Notes: generated by a model from the sequence alone, not told the origin. A stretch of 60,902 nucleotides of DNA from Lachnospiraceae bacterium (GCA_041855735.1 JBHAEV010000154.1:1-60902), one strand, 5' to 3'. Counted from the first letter of the stretch, positions 19,442 to 29,528 are shown. Numbers and translations are program-made.

Positions 19442-19807
19442 TTATGCAAGCGCATCCACGCGCTCCACAATCTGCATATTGTTTTCCTTTTCCGGATCAT
19501 ACTTACCCCGCAGCATTTTATCGGTTTCGCTTCTATGACTGGCAGTATCCCAGGTGTTTCTGGTCAGATGCCCGCCAGCCAGAGGGCTGTACGGAATCAG
19601 AGAAACATTGTACTGTTTGCAAACCGGAATCAATTCTCTCTCATCCTCCCGATACAGCAGATTGTAGTGATTCTGCATTGTGGAAAACATGGTAAGATTG
19701 TTTTGCTGTGCAATCATCTGCATATTGTGGAATTGAAATCCGTACATTGCCGATGCGCCGATTGCACGAACCTTTCCGGATTTTACAAGCTTGTCCAGCG
19801 CCTCCTT
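19442..19807 (-). pseudogene. aldo/keto reductase internal fragment
   Basis: The open frame reads KEALDKLVKSGKVRAIGASAMYGFQF...LIPYSPLAGGHLT...VERVDALA. This is the central third of an AKR. It lacks an N-terminus (an in-frame TGA at 19808-19810 lies immediately upstream) and the last ~80 aa. Confidence 0.7.
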
Positions 19808-19856
19808 TCAAAATGCTCCGTTTTTGAAAAACATATTATTCCGGGATCAAAAATCA

Positions 19857-19901
19857 CAAAAATCCAATCCGAAGAAGGTTTCACTCCCCTCTTCGGATTG
19901 G
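19857..19901 (-). terminator. rho-independent terminator of the tct operon, copy B of the duplicated hairpin
   Basis: Same 12-bp stem as 19336-19373, followed on the minus strand by ATTTTTGTGATTTTTG. It starts 7 nt after the tctC stop. Confidence 0.75.
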
Positions 19902-19907
19902 ATATAC

Positions 19908-20951
19908 TTACTTCAAAGAATCCGCAATCGCTTTAATGTCTTCGTACATCTTAGCTTCATTCTTTGCGGAGTCTTCCGGATTCAGATAATACGGCATCAT
20001 CTCCACTTTTTCAATCGCCGCTACCGCTTCCGGATCTTCCACCATGGTTTTTACCAGATTGTCATAGAACGCGATGGCATCCGCCGATGTTCCCTTCGGG
20101 AAATAGAAGGAGAAGTCACAGTCCGGATACACCAAATCAATGCCCTGCTCCTTTAAAGTCGGGATGTCCGCAATCAATTCATATCTGGTTTCCGTCGGAA
20201 CACCGATGCAGAGGAACTGCCCCGCTTCAATGTAATCCTTGGTATTGATATAGGCACCCGGCATCAAATCCACCTGACCTGCCAAAAGCGCCGTGATTTT
20301 ATCGGCATTGGAACCCACATCCACCAGGTCAAGATCGATGCCCGCCTGCTTTTCAAAGGCAAGAAGTTCATAATAGGTGTATGCTCCCACCTCGGTACAT
20401 GCCTTTAACTGTCCCGGTGCCGCCTTTGCCGCCTCGATAAACGCATTCAGGTCGGAATACTTTGTCGGATTGACATAGAGTCCCTGCGCCGGATCCTTCG
20501 CAAAGGTCGGTCCCAGATCAAATGCCTCATAATTAAAATCCGTAACTCCGGCAATATTGGCAACATTTACCAGAGTATGCCCGTAAAGGAAGGTATGTCC
20601 GTCCGGTTCCGCTGCCAGAACCTGCTGGGATGCCACGGAACCTGCCGCTCCGCCGGCATTCACCACGATGAAATCATGGCCGGTCATACGCTTTGCATAT
20701 TCCGCAAACACTCTCGCCGAGAGATCCGTATTTCCGCCCGCTCCCGCAGGTACCACGATGGATACGGTCGTGCTCGGCTCCCATGCACCCGCCGCAACGG
20801 TGGAGCCGGATGCGCCGGATCCTGCGGTGGTTTCTCCCGAAGCGGTGGTTTCTCCCGAAGCCGCCGTCGTCGTACTGCTTGTGGATGTTCCCGAGCAGGC
20901 TGCCAAAACGGTGCTTGCCGCAAGAGCAAGTGCTAACATTCTTTTTTTCAT
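19908..20951 (-). CDS. tctC: tripartite tricarboxylate transporter substrate-binding lipoprotein (TctC/Bug family)
   Basis: Lipobox LAAC, a Ser/Thr/Gly-rich linker with a duplicated ASGETT unit, then a Bug-family-like body. It is adjacent to tctA and tctB. Confidence 0.85.
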   Translation of the reverse strand: MKKRMLALALAASTVLAACSGTSTSSTTTAASGETTASGETTAGSGASGSTVAAGAWEPSTTVSIVVPAGAGGNTDLSARVFAEYAKRMTGHDFIVVNAGGAAGSVASQQVLAAEPDGHTFLYGHTLVNVANIAGVTDFNYEAFDLGPTFAKDPAQGLYVNPTKYSDLNAFIEAAKAAPGQLKACTEVGAYTYYELLAFEKQAGIDLDLVDVGSNADKITALLAGQVDLMPGAYINTKDYIEAGQFLCIGVPTETRYELIADIPTLKEQGIDLVYPDCDFSFYFPKGTSADAIAFYDNLVKTMVEDPEAVAAIEKVEMMPYYLNPEDSAKNEAKMYEDIKAIADSLK

Positions 20952-20971
20952 AATTTTTTTCTCCTTTTGTT

Positions 20972-22486
20972 CTATTGTGATTGCAAAATCTTTGCATTGC
21001 TTCTTGCCAATTTGATCTCCTTATAGGCCGTCCAGATGACAATTGCCACGGAAATTACGAAAAATGCGGTAAATATCGGTCTGGTAAAGAAGGCGCCGAA
21101 TGTCTTGTAGGTCATCAAACCTCTTCGGAAATAGGTCTCAAACATCTCTCCGACCAGAAAGCACAGCACAAAAGGTGTGGTAGGAAGTTTCAATTTGTTA
21201 TAGATGTATCCGATTGCGCCGAACAATATGATGGACTGCACGTCAAATATGCGGTTATTGGTTGCATATGCGCCGACACAGCACAACACCACGATGAGAG
21301 GCATCAATATATGCTTCGGAACCTTCAAAAGCTGAACGAAAATTCTGACTCCGCCGAGCTCCACGATGAGCATGATCAAAGAACACACCATACAGGCGGC
21401 AAAAATTCCGTACACCACATCCGCATTCTTTACAAAAAGCAGCGGACCGGCGGACAATCCGTGTATGAGGAATCCTCCGAGCATCATTGCGGTAACGCCG
21501 TCGCCAGGAATACCGAGTACCAGCAGAGGAATCATCGCACCTCCGATGGTGGCATTGTTTGCCGTTTCCGTCGCCACAATTCCGTCCGGACATCCTTTTC
21601 CGAATTCATCCGGATACTTGGACATATTCTTGGCGGTGACATAGGCAAGCATGCCCGAGGTGGAACCTCCTATACCGGGCAGAATGCCGATGCCCGTACC
21701 GATGAGTGCGGACCGGATCGCATTGGGTATCTGCGCCGTAAACTCTTTCAAACTGAAACCGAAGCCCTTGATCGGTTTTAATTTTATGGTTTCCACCTTG
21801 CCGGAGCTGATGCTTTCCGCAGTGATCAGAATTTCCGAGACGGCGAAGATTCCGATCAGAGTCGGCAGTGTGTCGTATCCCGCCAGCAAATCATTGTTTC
21901 CGAAGGTAAATCTTGCAATTCCGTCGATCGGAGCCATACCGACAAAGGTAAACATCAGACCCAGCATACCCGCCAAAAGACCTTTCAGCATGTTTCCGGA
22001 GGACAGAATCGCCACCATGGTCAGCGCAAACAGACAGATGCCAAAGTTTTCCGCCGGTGAAAATTTCAGTGCGATACCCGCTAAAAGCGGGGCACAGAAT
22101 GTCAGAATGATAAAGGAGAAAACCGAACCCAAAAACGAAAACACGACTCCCAGACCCAGTGCTTTTCCCGCTTCTCCCTTTTTTGCCATAGGATGTCCGT
22201 CAAAGCAGGTTGCGACGGAGGATGCGGTTCCCGGCATGTTCAACAAAATTGCGGAGATCAGACCTCCCGATATGCCTCCGATGTATACCGCCACCAGAAC
22301 ATTCATCCCCAGCATCGGGGTCAGGCTGAAAGTCAGCGGCAGAAACAGCGCCACCGCCATTGCGGCGGAAAGACCGGGTATGGAGCCGAAAATAATACCC
22401 ACCACAACGCCGGCCAACATAAGTAGTAATGACTGCGGCGTCAGAATCGCCAGATACGCCCTGCCCAAATTTCCAAGTGCTTGCAT
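20972..22486 (-). CDS. tctA: tripartite tricarboxylate transporter large permease (TctA family)
   Basis: 504-aa polytopic membrane protein. The N-terminus ...GVVVGIIFGSIPGLSAAMAVALFLPLTF is typical of TctA. Confidence 0.9.
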   Translation of the reverse strand: MQALGNLGRAYLAILTPQSLLLMLAGVVVGIIFGSIPGLSAAMAVALFLPLTFSLTPMLGMNVLVAVYIGGISGGLISAILLNMPGTASSVATCFDGHPMAKKGEAGKALGLGVVFSFLGSVFSFIILTFCAPLLAGIALKFSPAENFGICLFALTMVAILSSGNMLKGLLAGMLGLMFTFVGMAPIDGIARFTFGNNDLLAGYDTLPTLIGIFAVSEILITAESISSGKVETIKLKPIKGFGFSLKEFTAQIPNAIRSALIGTGIGILPGIGGSTSGMLAYVTAKNMSKYPDEFGKGCPDGIVATETANNATIGGAMIPLLVLGIPGDGVTAMMLGGFLIHGLSAGPLLFVKNADVVYGIFAACMVCSLIMLIVELGGVRIFVQLLKVPKHILMPLIVVLCCVGAYATNNRIFDVQSIILFGAIGYIYNKLKLPTTPFVLCFLVGEMFETYFRRGLMTYKTFGAFFTRPIFTAFFVISVAIVIWTAYKEIKLARSNAKILQSQ

Positions 22487-22498
22487 CGTTTCCCCTCC

Positions 22499-22993
22499 TT
22501 ATAAATCGATGGTAAAAATGCCCGAAGGCAACAGAATCTTGAATCCGTATCGGAATAAAAAGAATACGCAGAACGTAAAAATCAGAGTGATGACCATTAA
22601 AACCGCGATATCCTTCCTGCCTCTCTTATCGCCCGGCGCCAGAATGTACATCTGTACCGGCAGGTATACAATCGTTGATATGAGAAATCCGACAGGCTGC
22701 AATACAAAGGTATATACAAGAATACTTAAAAAGCTGAGCAAAACTCTCTTATAATCCGTATCATCCTTGCTTCCGTCCAAAATTTCCAAACGTTTCTTTA
22801 AATTTCGGATGCTGAGAATAAGAAGCAGCGCCGCAATCACCAATGTAAAAACGGCGATCACCAAAGGCATAAAATCCGGTCCGATCTCCATGACCGCGGA
22901 CTTCGGCAAAGCCTTTGCCGCAATGATCATAAGTATGGATACCAGGATAAAGAATCCCGCCACAATAATGTCACCATATTTTTTCAGAAACAT
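22499..22993 (-). CDS. tctB: tripartite tricarboxylate transporter small permease (TctB family)
   Basis: 164 aa with 4 TM helices, immediately upstream of tctA. Confidence 0.75.
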   Translation of the reverse strand: MFLKKYGDIIVAGFFILVSILMIIAAKALPKSAVMEIGPDFMPLVIAVFTLVIAALLLILSIRNLKKRLEILDGSKDDTDYKRVLLSFLSILVYTFVLQPVGFLISTIVYLPVQMYILAPGDKRGRKDIAVLMVITLIFTFCVFFLFRYGFKILLPSGIFTIDL

Positions 22994-23001
22994 CTTTCCT
23001 C

Positions 23002-24339
23002 CTATCTGACCAATGCCGGTTTTTTGGAATCAAATTTCCAGTCCGGAATCAAAAACCGCATGGCCATTGCATCATTTCTATCATGTGTGGGCAGAGCATT
23101 GTACAAAGCGTTCGCCTCCATCACCCGGTCCATATTCAGATGAACACCGAGCCCGTGTCCCTTCGGCACCTCCAGATATCCGTTTCGGATAACGGGAGTG
23201 TCATCCAGAAGATTTTGACCGTCCTGCCATATCCAGTGCGTATCCAGCGCCGTCGGACTGCCCGGTGCCGCCGCCGCGGTATGGGCAAATGCCGTCAATG
23301 TAATGTCAAAATGATTGTTGGAATGGCTACCCCAGGTAAGTCCCCAGTCATTTAAGATCTGAGCCATTCTCACGCTGCCCTCAAATCCCCAAAAATGCGG
23401 ATCCGCCAGAACGATATCCACCGCTTTGAGTGCGGCACTGTGATAAAACTGTTTCCAGTCCGTCGCGATCATATTCGTTGCCACCGGAATGCTGACTTTG
23501 TTTTTAAACTCCGCCATAATCTCTCTGCCCGAATATCCCGCTTCCGGGCCGCATGGGTCTTCCACATAGGTCAGAATCCCTTCCATGGGCTTGCAAATCT
23601 CGATGGCCTCTTTCAAGCTCCACGCTCCGTTCGGGTCTATGTTGATGCGTCCGTTCGGAAATGCTTTTTTCAAAGCCCGAACCGCTTCCATTTCCCGATA
23701 CCCTTCCAAAACTCCGCCCTTCAGCTTGAAGTTCTGAAAACCGTATTTGTCCTGCAGCACCAATGCCTCTTCCACAATGCGTTCCGCGCTTAAGATCTCC
23801 TCTCTTCGCAGTCGAAACCAGGCATCTTCGCTGTAACTCTCATCCATATAGGGCAAATCCGCCTTTTTTTTGTCGCTGATGTAGAAAAGATAGCCCAGAG
23901 TTTCGATTTTGTCCCTCTGTTTCCCGTTGCCGAGAAGTTCGCACATCGGCAGCTCCATGTACTGCCCCAGCAAATCCAGCAGAGCGCATTCAATCGCCCA
24001 TTCCGCTTTTACCACAAACTTCAGTTTGCTGATATCCAGACTTTGTATGCCCTCTCCGTCGTCCTCATCGGATCTTGCCGCCGCCTTGTGAATGGCGTCG
24101 AGGATTCCCTTATACCTTCCGATTTCCTGTCCGAGAACGAGCGGAATGCAGGACCGGAGCGCCTCACAAGTATAATCTCCTCCATGTATCTCTCCGATAC
24201 CGGTATGCCCCGCATTGTCTTTCAGGACAATCAGATTTCTTGTGAAAAACGGCTCATGCGCACCGCTTAAGGTCATCAGCATACTGTCTCTTCCTGCCAC
24301 CGGAATCACTTGCATATCCGTCACAATGGGTGTTCTCAC
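23002..24339 (-). CDS. gudD: glucarate dehydratase (enolase superfamily), paralog 1
   Basis: 445 aa. The FKLKGGVL (KxK) and [11 protein letters not shown] motifs and a GudD-like N-terminus (PIVTDMQVIPVAGRDSMLMTLSGAH) are present. Confidence 0.85.
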   Translation of the reverse strand: MRTPIVTDMQVIPVAGRDSMLMTLSGAHEPFFTRNLIVLKDNAGHTGIGEIHGGDYTCEALRSCIPLVLGQEIGRYKGILDAIHKAAARSDEDDGEGIQSLDISKLKFVVKAEWAIECALLDLLGQYMELPMCELLGNGKQRDKIETLGYLFYISDKKKADLPYMDESYSEDAWFRLRREEILSAERIVEEALVLQDKYGFQNFKLKGGVLEGYREMEAVRALKKAFPNGRINIDPNGAWSLKEAIEICKPMEGILTYVEDPCGPEAGYSGREIMAEFKNKVSIPVATNMIATDWKQFYHSAALKAVDIVLADPHFWGFEGSVRMAQILNDWGLTWGSHSNNHFDITLTAFAHTAAAAPGSPTALDTHWIWQDGQNLLDDTPVIRNGYLEVPKGHGLGVHLNMDRVMEANALYNALPTHDRNDAMAMRFLIPDWKFDSKKPALVR

Positions 24340-24444
24340 GCTATCCCTCCTTTGTTTTCCACCGCATAATCCTTCAGATTTCTTTTACATTACCCGCAAT
24401 CTTTGCTATAATGTCTTTATGTGTAGTTTATATCTTAACAATCC

Positions 24445-24491
24445 TTTTTTCTAATATTTAATACTGATACTTTCAATCGTTTTTTCTAATA
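24445..24491. promoter_or_regulatory. direct repeat TTTTTTCTAATA x2 in the gudD / LysR divergent promoter region
   Basis: 12-nt exact repeat at 24445-24456 and 24480-24491 (35-nt period). It shares the CTAATA core with the palindrome at 27844-27858. Confidence 0.35.
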
Positions 24492-24509
24492 GTTCACCGG
24501 GAGGTCATC

Positions 24510-25427
24510 TTGGATATCAAAAACCTGAATTATATTATTACCATAGCGAATAAAAAAAACATGACCCGGGCAGCGGAGGAACTCTATGTTTCCCAGTCCT
24601 CCCTCAGCCAGTTTCTGTCAAAACTGGAGCAGGAGCTGGGTACCCCTCTGTTTTTTCGTGCAAAAGGTGAGCTTACCCTTACACCGGCGGGAGAACTCTA
24701 TGTCGATGCCGCCAATCAGGTGATCGCCATACAAAAGCAGCTTTATCGCAATATTTCCTCCATCCATAAGAGGGGACATATCAATGTCGGCACGACCTCC
24801 ATGTTCGGATTGAAGATCCTTTCCGAAATCTTGCCGGAATTCAATAAGATCTATCCGGAGTATCTGATCGAGGTTTCCGAGCTCAGCCTGCCGGCATGCA
24901 AAAAACTGTTGGTGGAGGAAAACATCGATCTTGCGATTATGGCGGCAGCCTCCCTCACGCCTTTCGAAGAATATTCCACCATATTAAGAGAAGAGGAGGT
25001 TCTACTTGCCCTTCCGAAAGAACATGATTTTGTCAAAGAAAATCCGAGCCGAAGCATCTTTGCCGAAGACGTGGTCGAAAAACTCTCCAAAGAACCGTTT
25101 ATCCGTTCAAAAAGGGGTTCTTCCATTCGGGCGGTGGTGGATGAGCTGTTTGACCAATATGACTTCAATCCGGCGATCCTTTTGGAAAGCAACAGCATCT
25201 CCACCACAAGAGATATGATTGCAAAAGGAGCGGGGATGGCCTTTTTGGCGGAATCCTGCGCCATCAACGAAAACAAGATCCACTATTACAGCATCAAGCC
25301 GAAATTGATTCGTAAAAATGTTGTCACCAGGAGAAGAAACTGGGTGATGAACGAGGCGGAATGCCTGCTGCATACGATGATTGCGGAATACTTTCATAAC
25401 CATACGGACGAAACATTCCGGGCATAG
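24510..25427 (+). CDS. LysR-family transcriptional regulator
   Basis: TTG start preceded by a GGGAGG SD. HTH NMTRAAEELYVSQSSLSQFLSKLE, followed by a substrate-binding domain. Confidence 0.85.
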   Translation: MDIKNLNYIITIANKKNMTRAAEELYVSQSSLSQFLSKLEQELGTPLFFRAKGELTLTPAGELYVDAANQVIAIQKQLYRNISSIHKRGHINVGTTSMFGLKILSEILPEFNKIYPEYLIEVSELSLPACKKLLVEENIDLAIMAAASLTPFEEYSTILREEEVLLALPKEHDFVKENPSRSIFAEDVVEKLSKEPFIRSKRGSSIRAVVDELFDQYDFNPAILLESNSISTTRDMIAKGAGMAFLAESCAINENKIHYYSIKPKLIRKNVVTRRRNWVMNEAECLLHTMIAEYFHNHTDETFRA

Positions 25428-25450
25428 GCTCCTGTCTGTTTTACCGAAAC

Positions 25451-25495
25451 AAAGGATGCAAAGAACCGGGATATCCCCGATTCTTTGCATCCTTT
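25451..25495. terminator. long hairpin between convergent LysR and AEC genes
   Basis: AAAGGATGCAAAGAA...TTCTTTGCATCCTTT forms a 15-bp stem plus an extended GC stem. It overlaps the AEC stop codon. Confidence 0.6.
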
Positions 25496-26402
25496 ACAAA
25501 AACAGCATCAATACCGGCGCCGTGATCAAGGAAAGTATCGTGGACGTAACCACAAGCCTCGAGGCGAACTCGTCATCCGCACCGTATTTGCTTGCCAGCA
25601 GTGCCGTCGTCGATCCCGCCGGCATCCCCGTCAGAATCACGGCAACTCCCGTTATCAGATCTTCCATCCCGAAAGCCTTGTAAACGAACAATATCGAAAT
25701 CGGCAGCAGCACCAATCGAATGACGGAAAAATAGATAATTGCCCCTTCCAAAAGTTTCTTGTGTTCCACTTCCACCAGCATGCTTCCTATGACAATCATG
25801 GACAGGGGAGAAGTGACACCTCCTACCTTGGATATGGAAATCTCCAAAAAATGAGGCAGCAAAATTTCGAAAAGCCTTCTTAGAATCCCAAGATAAATCG
25901 CAATAATCGCCGGATTCAGCAGAATATTTTTGATTTTGGTTTTCATATCAGCTTTTGTGAAAACACTGATCCCTGCCGTCCACATCATAATCCGATTCGG
26001 AATGATGTGGATGGATGCATACAAAAGTCCCGTAGCGCCGTAAACCGACTCGATCAGAGGCAGGCCTAAAAATCCGGAATTATTGACCAGAGTGGCATAT
26101 TTCAAAATGCTTGCTTTTTCCGCCCGGTATCTTCGAAACAATACATTTCCGAGCAGCAGACTCAGCGCGGACACGAATAGGGACAGTAAAAATACTATCC
26201 CCGTCGTCTTTAAGGTATGCACATTAAATTCCTCGTTAAAGGAAGAGAATACCATACAAGGCAGACTGATTTTAATGATAAAATCGATCCACTTCAACCT
26301 TGTATTATCGTCAATCATTCCCACTTTTCTCATATATATCCCGATCCCGAGATATACGAACAGAACCAGCTGGGAATCCAACATGTTCAAAAAATTTTCC
26401 AT
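25494..26402 (-). CDS. AEC (auxin efflux carrier) family permease
   Basis: 302 aa with about 10 TM helices and an AEC-like N-terminus. The start lies 1 nt after the stop of the upstream gudD paralog. Confidence 0.8.
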   Translation of the reverse strand: MENFLNMLDSQLVLFVYLGIGIYMRKVGMIDDNTRLKWIDFIIKISLPCMVFSSFNEEFNVHTLKTTGIVFLLSLFVSALSLLLGNVLFRRYRAEKASILKYATLVNNSGFLGLPLIESVYGATGLLYASIHIIPNRIMMWTAGISVFTKADMKTKIKNILLNPAIIAIYLGILRRLFEILLPHFLEISISKVGGVTSPLSMIVIGSMLVEVEHKKLLEGAIIYFSVIRLVLLPISILFVYKAFGMEDLITGVAVILTGMPAGSTTALLASKYGADDEFASRLVVTSTILSLITAPVLMLFL

Positions 26403-26403
26403 T

Positions 26404-27735
26404 TCATCTCACTAGACAAGGTTTCTTCGGGTCAAACTTCCAACCCGGAATCAGGTATTGCATTCCGATCGCATCATCTCGTCCACCCAGACATTTATCC
26501 AGATACAATTGATGTGCCTTCTTCACCTGATCCATATCAATTTCGATGCCGAGTCCCGGTTTTTTCGGTATCTCGACGCATCCGTCCACAATCTGCAACG
26601 GCTCTTTTGTCAGTCTTTCCAGTCCCTCCTGCCAGATCCAGTGGGTATCCAGGGCATTATACTCTCCCGGCACCGCCGCTCCGACATGGGTAAACATCGC
26701 AAGCGAGATATCGAAATGATTGTTGGAATGGCTTCCCCATGTCAGTCCCCAGTCCTTACAAAGCTGGCCGATCCTCACGGAGCCTGCCATCGTCCAAAAA
26801 TGCGGGTCCGCCAAAATAATATCCACGGATTGCAGTTCCAGAGCATGGGAAACCTCTCTCCAATCCGTCGCGATCATATTGGTCGCCGTCTTAAATCCGG
26901 TTCTTCTTCGGAACTCGGACATGATTTCTCTGCCGGAATACACGCCCTCTCCGCCGCAAGGATCCTCGCAATAGGTAAGGATGCCCTGCATGCCCTTTAC
27001 ATATTCCACAGCCTCCTCCAACAGCCAGCCTCCATTGGGATCCAGGTCGATCCTGGCATCGGGAAACTCCGCCTTCAATGCCCTGATCACTTCCATCTCC
27101 TCGTTTCCGGCCAGCACGCCGCCCTTGAGTTTAAAGTCTTCAAAACCGTATTTTTCCTTTACCGCTCTGGCATGTTCCACAATCTTTTCCTTGGTCAACG
27201 CTTCTTCATGCCTTAAGCGATACCATGCGCAGTCGGAATCTTCTTCCGAATCGTAATCCAGATCCGTCTTCTTCCTGTCTCCCACGAAGAACAGATATCC
27301 GAGCATCCGGACTTTATCTCTCTGTTTTCCGTCACCAAGTAGCTCACAAACCGGAACATCCAGATATTTTCCGAGCAAATCCAGGCATGGCGCCTCGATT
27401 GCCGTAAGCACATGCACCCCCGTTCTTAAATCAAAGGTTTGATTACCCCGTACATCATCTTTGCAGGTTCTGTCCAGATGCTGTTTCACTCTGCCGAGCA
27501 TACTCTTATATTCGGAGATTTTCGTCCCTACCACCAGATGCGCCACATCCTCCAGCGCCTTCCTGATTTTTTCTCCGCCCGGAACTTCTCCCACTCCGAG
27601 CTCCCCGTTATCTGCACTCAGTATCACAATATTCCTTGTGAAGTACGGTGCATGTGCGCCGCTCAGATTCAATTCCATACAGTCTTTTCCCGCCACGGGA
27701 TAAACTTCCATTTTTGTAATAACCGGTACGCTCAT
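26404..27735 (-). CDS. glucarate dehydratase family protein, paralog 2
   Basis: I prefer the ATG at 27735 (SD GAGGAGGA). It has the same FKLKGGVL and [11 protein letters not shown] motifs as paralog 1. Confidence 0.85.
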   Translation of the reverse strand: MSVPVITKMEVYPVAGKDCMELNLSGAHAPYFTRNIVILSADNGELGVGEVPGGEKIRKALEDVAHLVVGTKISEYKSMLGRVKQHLDRTCKDDVRGNQTFDLRTGVHVLTAIEAPCLDLLGKYLDVPVCELLGDGKQRDKVRMLGYLFFVGDRKKTDLDYDSEEDSDCAWYRLRHEEALTKEKIVEHARAVKEKYGFEDFKLKGGVLAGNEEMEVIRALKAEFPDARIDLDPNGGWLLEEAVEYVKGMQGILTYCEDPCGGEGVYSGREIMSEFRRRTGFKTATNMIATDWREVSHALELQSVDIILADPHFWTMAGSVRIGQLCKDWGLTWGSHSNNHFDISLAMFTHVGAAVPGEYNALDTHWIWQEGLERLTKEPLQIVDGCVEIPKKPGLGIEIDMDQVKKAHQLYLDKCLGGRDDAIGMQYLIPGWKFDPKKPCLVR

Positions 27736-27834
27736 TTTCATCCTCCTCATATCATTCGGTGTTTTTTGTTGAAAATCCAAGGCTTTTTTCCTTGTCCGTT
27801 TTTTTCGAATTCTGAAAATACTATAACAGTTTTA

Positions 27835-27861
27835 TAAATCTTAATCTAATACTTAGATTTA
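27835..27861. promoter_or_regulatory. palindrome TAAATCT-N13-AGATTTA containing ATCTAA-TAC-TTAGAT (LysR T-N11-A-like box)
   Basis: Perfect inverted repeat in the 234-bp garD to gudD-paralog spacer. Confidence 0.35.
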
Positions 27862-27969
27862 ATAGTGCGTATCGGTTTCGCTTATAATCGAAGGATCGCA
27901 CGGATTTACGAAGGAATTTACCGCTTTGCGGTGCAAATCCGGCGGGGAAACGCTTTAATCCGCGTTTCC

Positions 27970-29490
27970 CTAAGTAATCGGCGCCGGATTGAAAATCGCC
28001 ATAAAATTATATAATTTATATTTTTCCGCAAATGTTTTCTTTTCACCCGATGCCACCGCCAGAATTTCACTGAAAATCTGTTTTCCGATGTCGGAAATAT
28101 CTGCCTCGCCCTTTGCCACCGGACCGGCATTGATATCAATCAAATCGAACCACTGATCTTTCATATCATCTCTGGAGCAAACCTTGATCACCGGCGCGAT
28201 CGCCAAATTGTACGGCGTGCCCCTGCCCGTCATAAATACCTGCAGGCCGATTCCGGACGCCACCTGACAAGGCCCGCAGACGATGTCCGACGCGGGTGTG
28301 GCGGCATAGATCAGTCCTTTTTTTGTCGGCATTTCCGCAGGAGAGAGCACTTCCACCACCGGAGAAGTCCCGGACTTTGCAATCGAGCCCATCGCCTTTT
28401 CCACGATATTGGCAAGACCGCCTTTTTTATTACCGGGTGTCGGATTGGCGCTTCTGTCCACCTCCCCCTCCTCCAGATAATGATCGTACCAGCTCATTTG
28501 TGCGCTGAGCTTGTCCAGAACTTCCTTGCTGACACATCGTTCTCCGATCAGGTGCACGCCGTCTCTCACTTCGGTAACTTCCGAGAACAAAACCGTGGCG
28601 CCGCCCTTTACCAGCATATCGGCGGCATATCCCGCGCTCGGATTGGCGCTGACTCCGGAAAAAGCGTCGGAACCGCCGCATTGCATGCCGATCAATAATC
28701 TGGACAATGGCAATTCCACTCTCTTTCTTCGATTCAGTGCGGCAAGCTTTTTCTCTGCCATGGTCAGTATGGCATCCATCATTGCCTCAAATCCCCTGCA
28801 TTCCTGCAGGATGATCACATTATCTTCGTGATTGTCCTTTTCATCCAACAGCATGTCCATCGTGAGTTTCTCGCAGCCCAGACCGACTGCCATGATTTCT
28901 CCGCCGAAATTCGGATGTTTGACGATATTTCTAAGTGCCCGGATCGGGATATGCGCTTCTCTCGAATGGATGGCCACACCGCAGCCATAGGCATGGTTGA
29001 CGGCAACCACCTCGTCCACATTCGGATACTTGGGCAGCAGCTCTTTTTTGATTCTCTCCACCGCCACATCGAGAACGCCGGAAACGCATTGCACCGTTGT
29101 GTGGATTCCCAGAATATTTCTGGTCCCCGCATACTCACATCCCTTAGTTTCATAGCCGAACCATGTTTGCCGGATGGGATCCGGCAGGCTTTCCCGGTTC
29201 ACGATTCTGGTTCCGAAGGTCATATTATGAATATCCGGAGGATTCGGCAAATCCAGCATGAATTCATTGATCCACGAACCTTTTTTGATGTCTTCCTTCG
29301 CATAACCCAGGATGACCCCGTAACGAATTACAGGGTCATCCTTATGGATATCGCAAAGGGCTATTTTATGTGCCTGAGGTATCTCTTGCATCGCGACGAA
29401 ATCCACGGAAATTTTCGTTCCCGCCTCTATTTTTTCCACCGCAATCGCCACATTATCCTCATCCTTTATCTTTACCAAAAGTCTCGGCAT
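27970..29490 (-). CDS. garD: galactarate dehydratase / altronate dehydratase family (UxaA/GarD)
   Basis: SAF-domain N-terminus (VKIKDEDNVAIAV...HKIAL). The segments ...MQCGGSDAFSG..., GNKKGGLANIVEKAMGSIAKSG and the C-terminal FNPAPIT are as in GarD. An alternative ATG at 29532 overlaps the upstream stop. Confidence 0.88.
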   Translation of the reverse strand: MPRLLVKIKDEDNVAIAVEKIEAGTKISVDFVAMQEIPQAHKIALCDIHKDDPVIRYGVILGYAKEDIKKGSWINEFMLDLPNPPDIHNMTFGTRIVNRESLPDPIRQTWFGYETKGCEYAGTRNILGIHTTVQCVSGVLDVAVERIKKELLPKYPNVDEVVAVNHAYGCGVAIHSREAHIPIRALRNIVKHPNFGGEIMAVGLGCEKLTMDMLLDEKDNHEDNVIILQECRGFEAMMDAILTMAEKKLAALNRRKRVELPLSRLLIGMQCGGSDAFSGVSANPSAGYAADMLVKGGATVLFSEVTEVRDGVHLIGERCVSKEVLDKLSAQMSWYDHYLEEGEVDRSANPTPGNKKGGLANIVEKAMGSIAKSGTSPVVEVLSPAEMPTKKGLIYAATPASDIVCGPCQVASGIGLQVFMTGRGTPYNLAIAPVIKVCSRDDMKDQWFDLIDINAGPVAKGEADISDIGKQIFSEILAVASGEKKTFAEKYKLYNFMAIFNPAPIT

Positions 29491-29528
29491 TTTTTCCCTC
29501 TCTAAACGATTCGAATTTCGATCCGCCG

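Noticed and set aside
20800-20900. Tandem DNA repeat GGTTTCTCCCGAAGC(G/C)G in tctC
   Set aside because: It is real, but it simply encodes the duplicated ASGETT unit of the low-complexity lipoprotein linker. That is an ordinary feature of substrate-binding lipoproteins.
21651-22754. 367-aa plus-strand ORF
   Set aside because: It lies entirely antisense to the well-supported tctA permease gene. The translation is Pro/Ser/Ile-rich and of low complexity, with no SD or family motif. It is a typical shadow ORF of a hydrophobic-protein gene.
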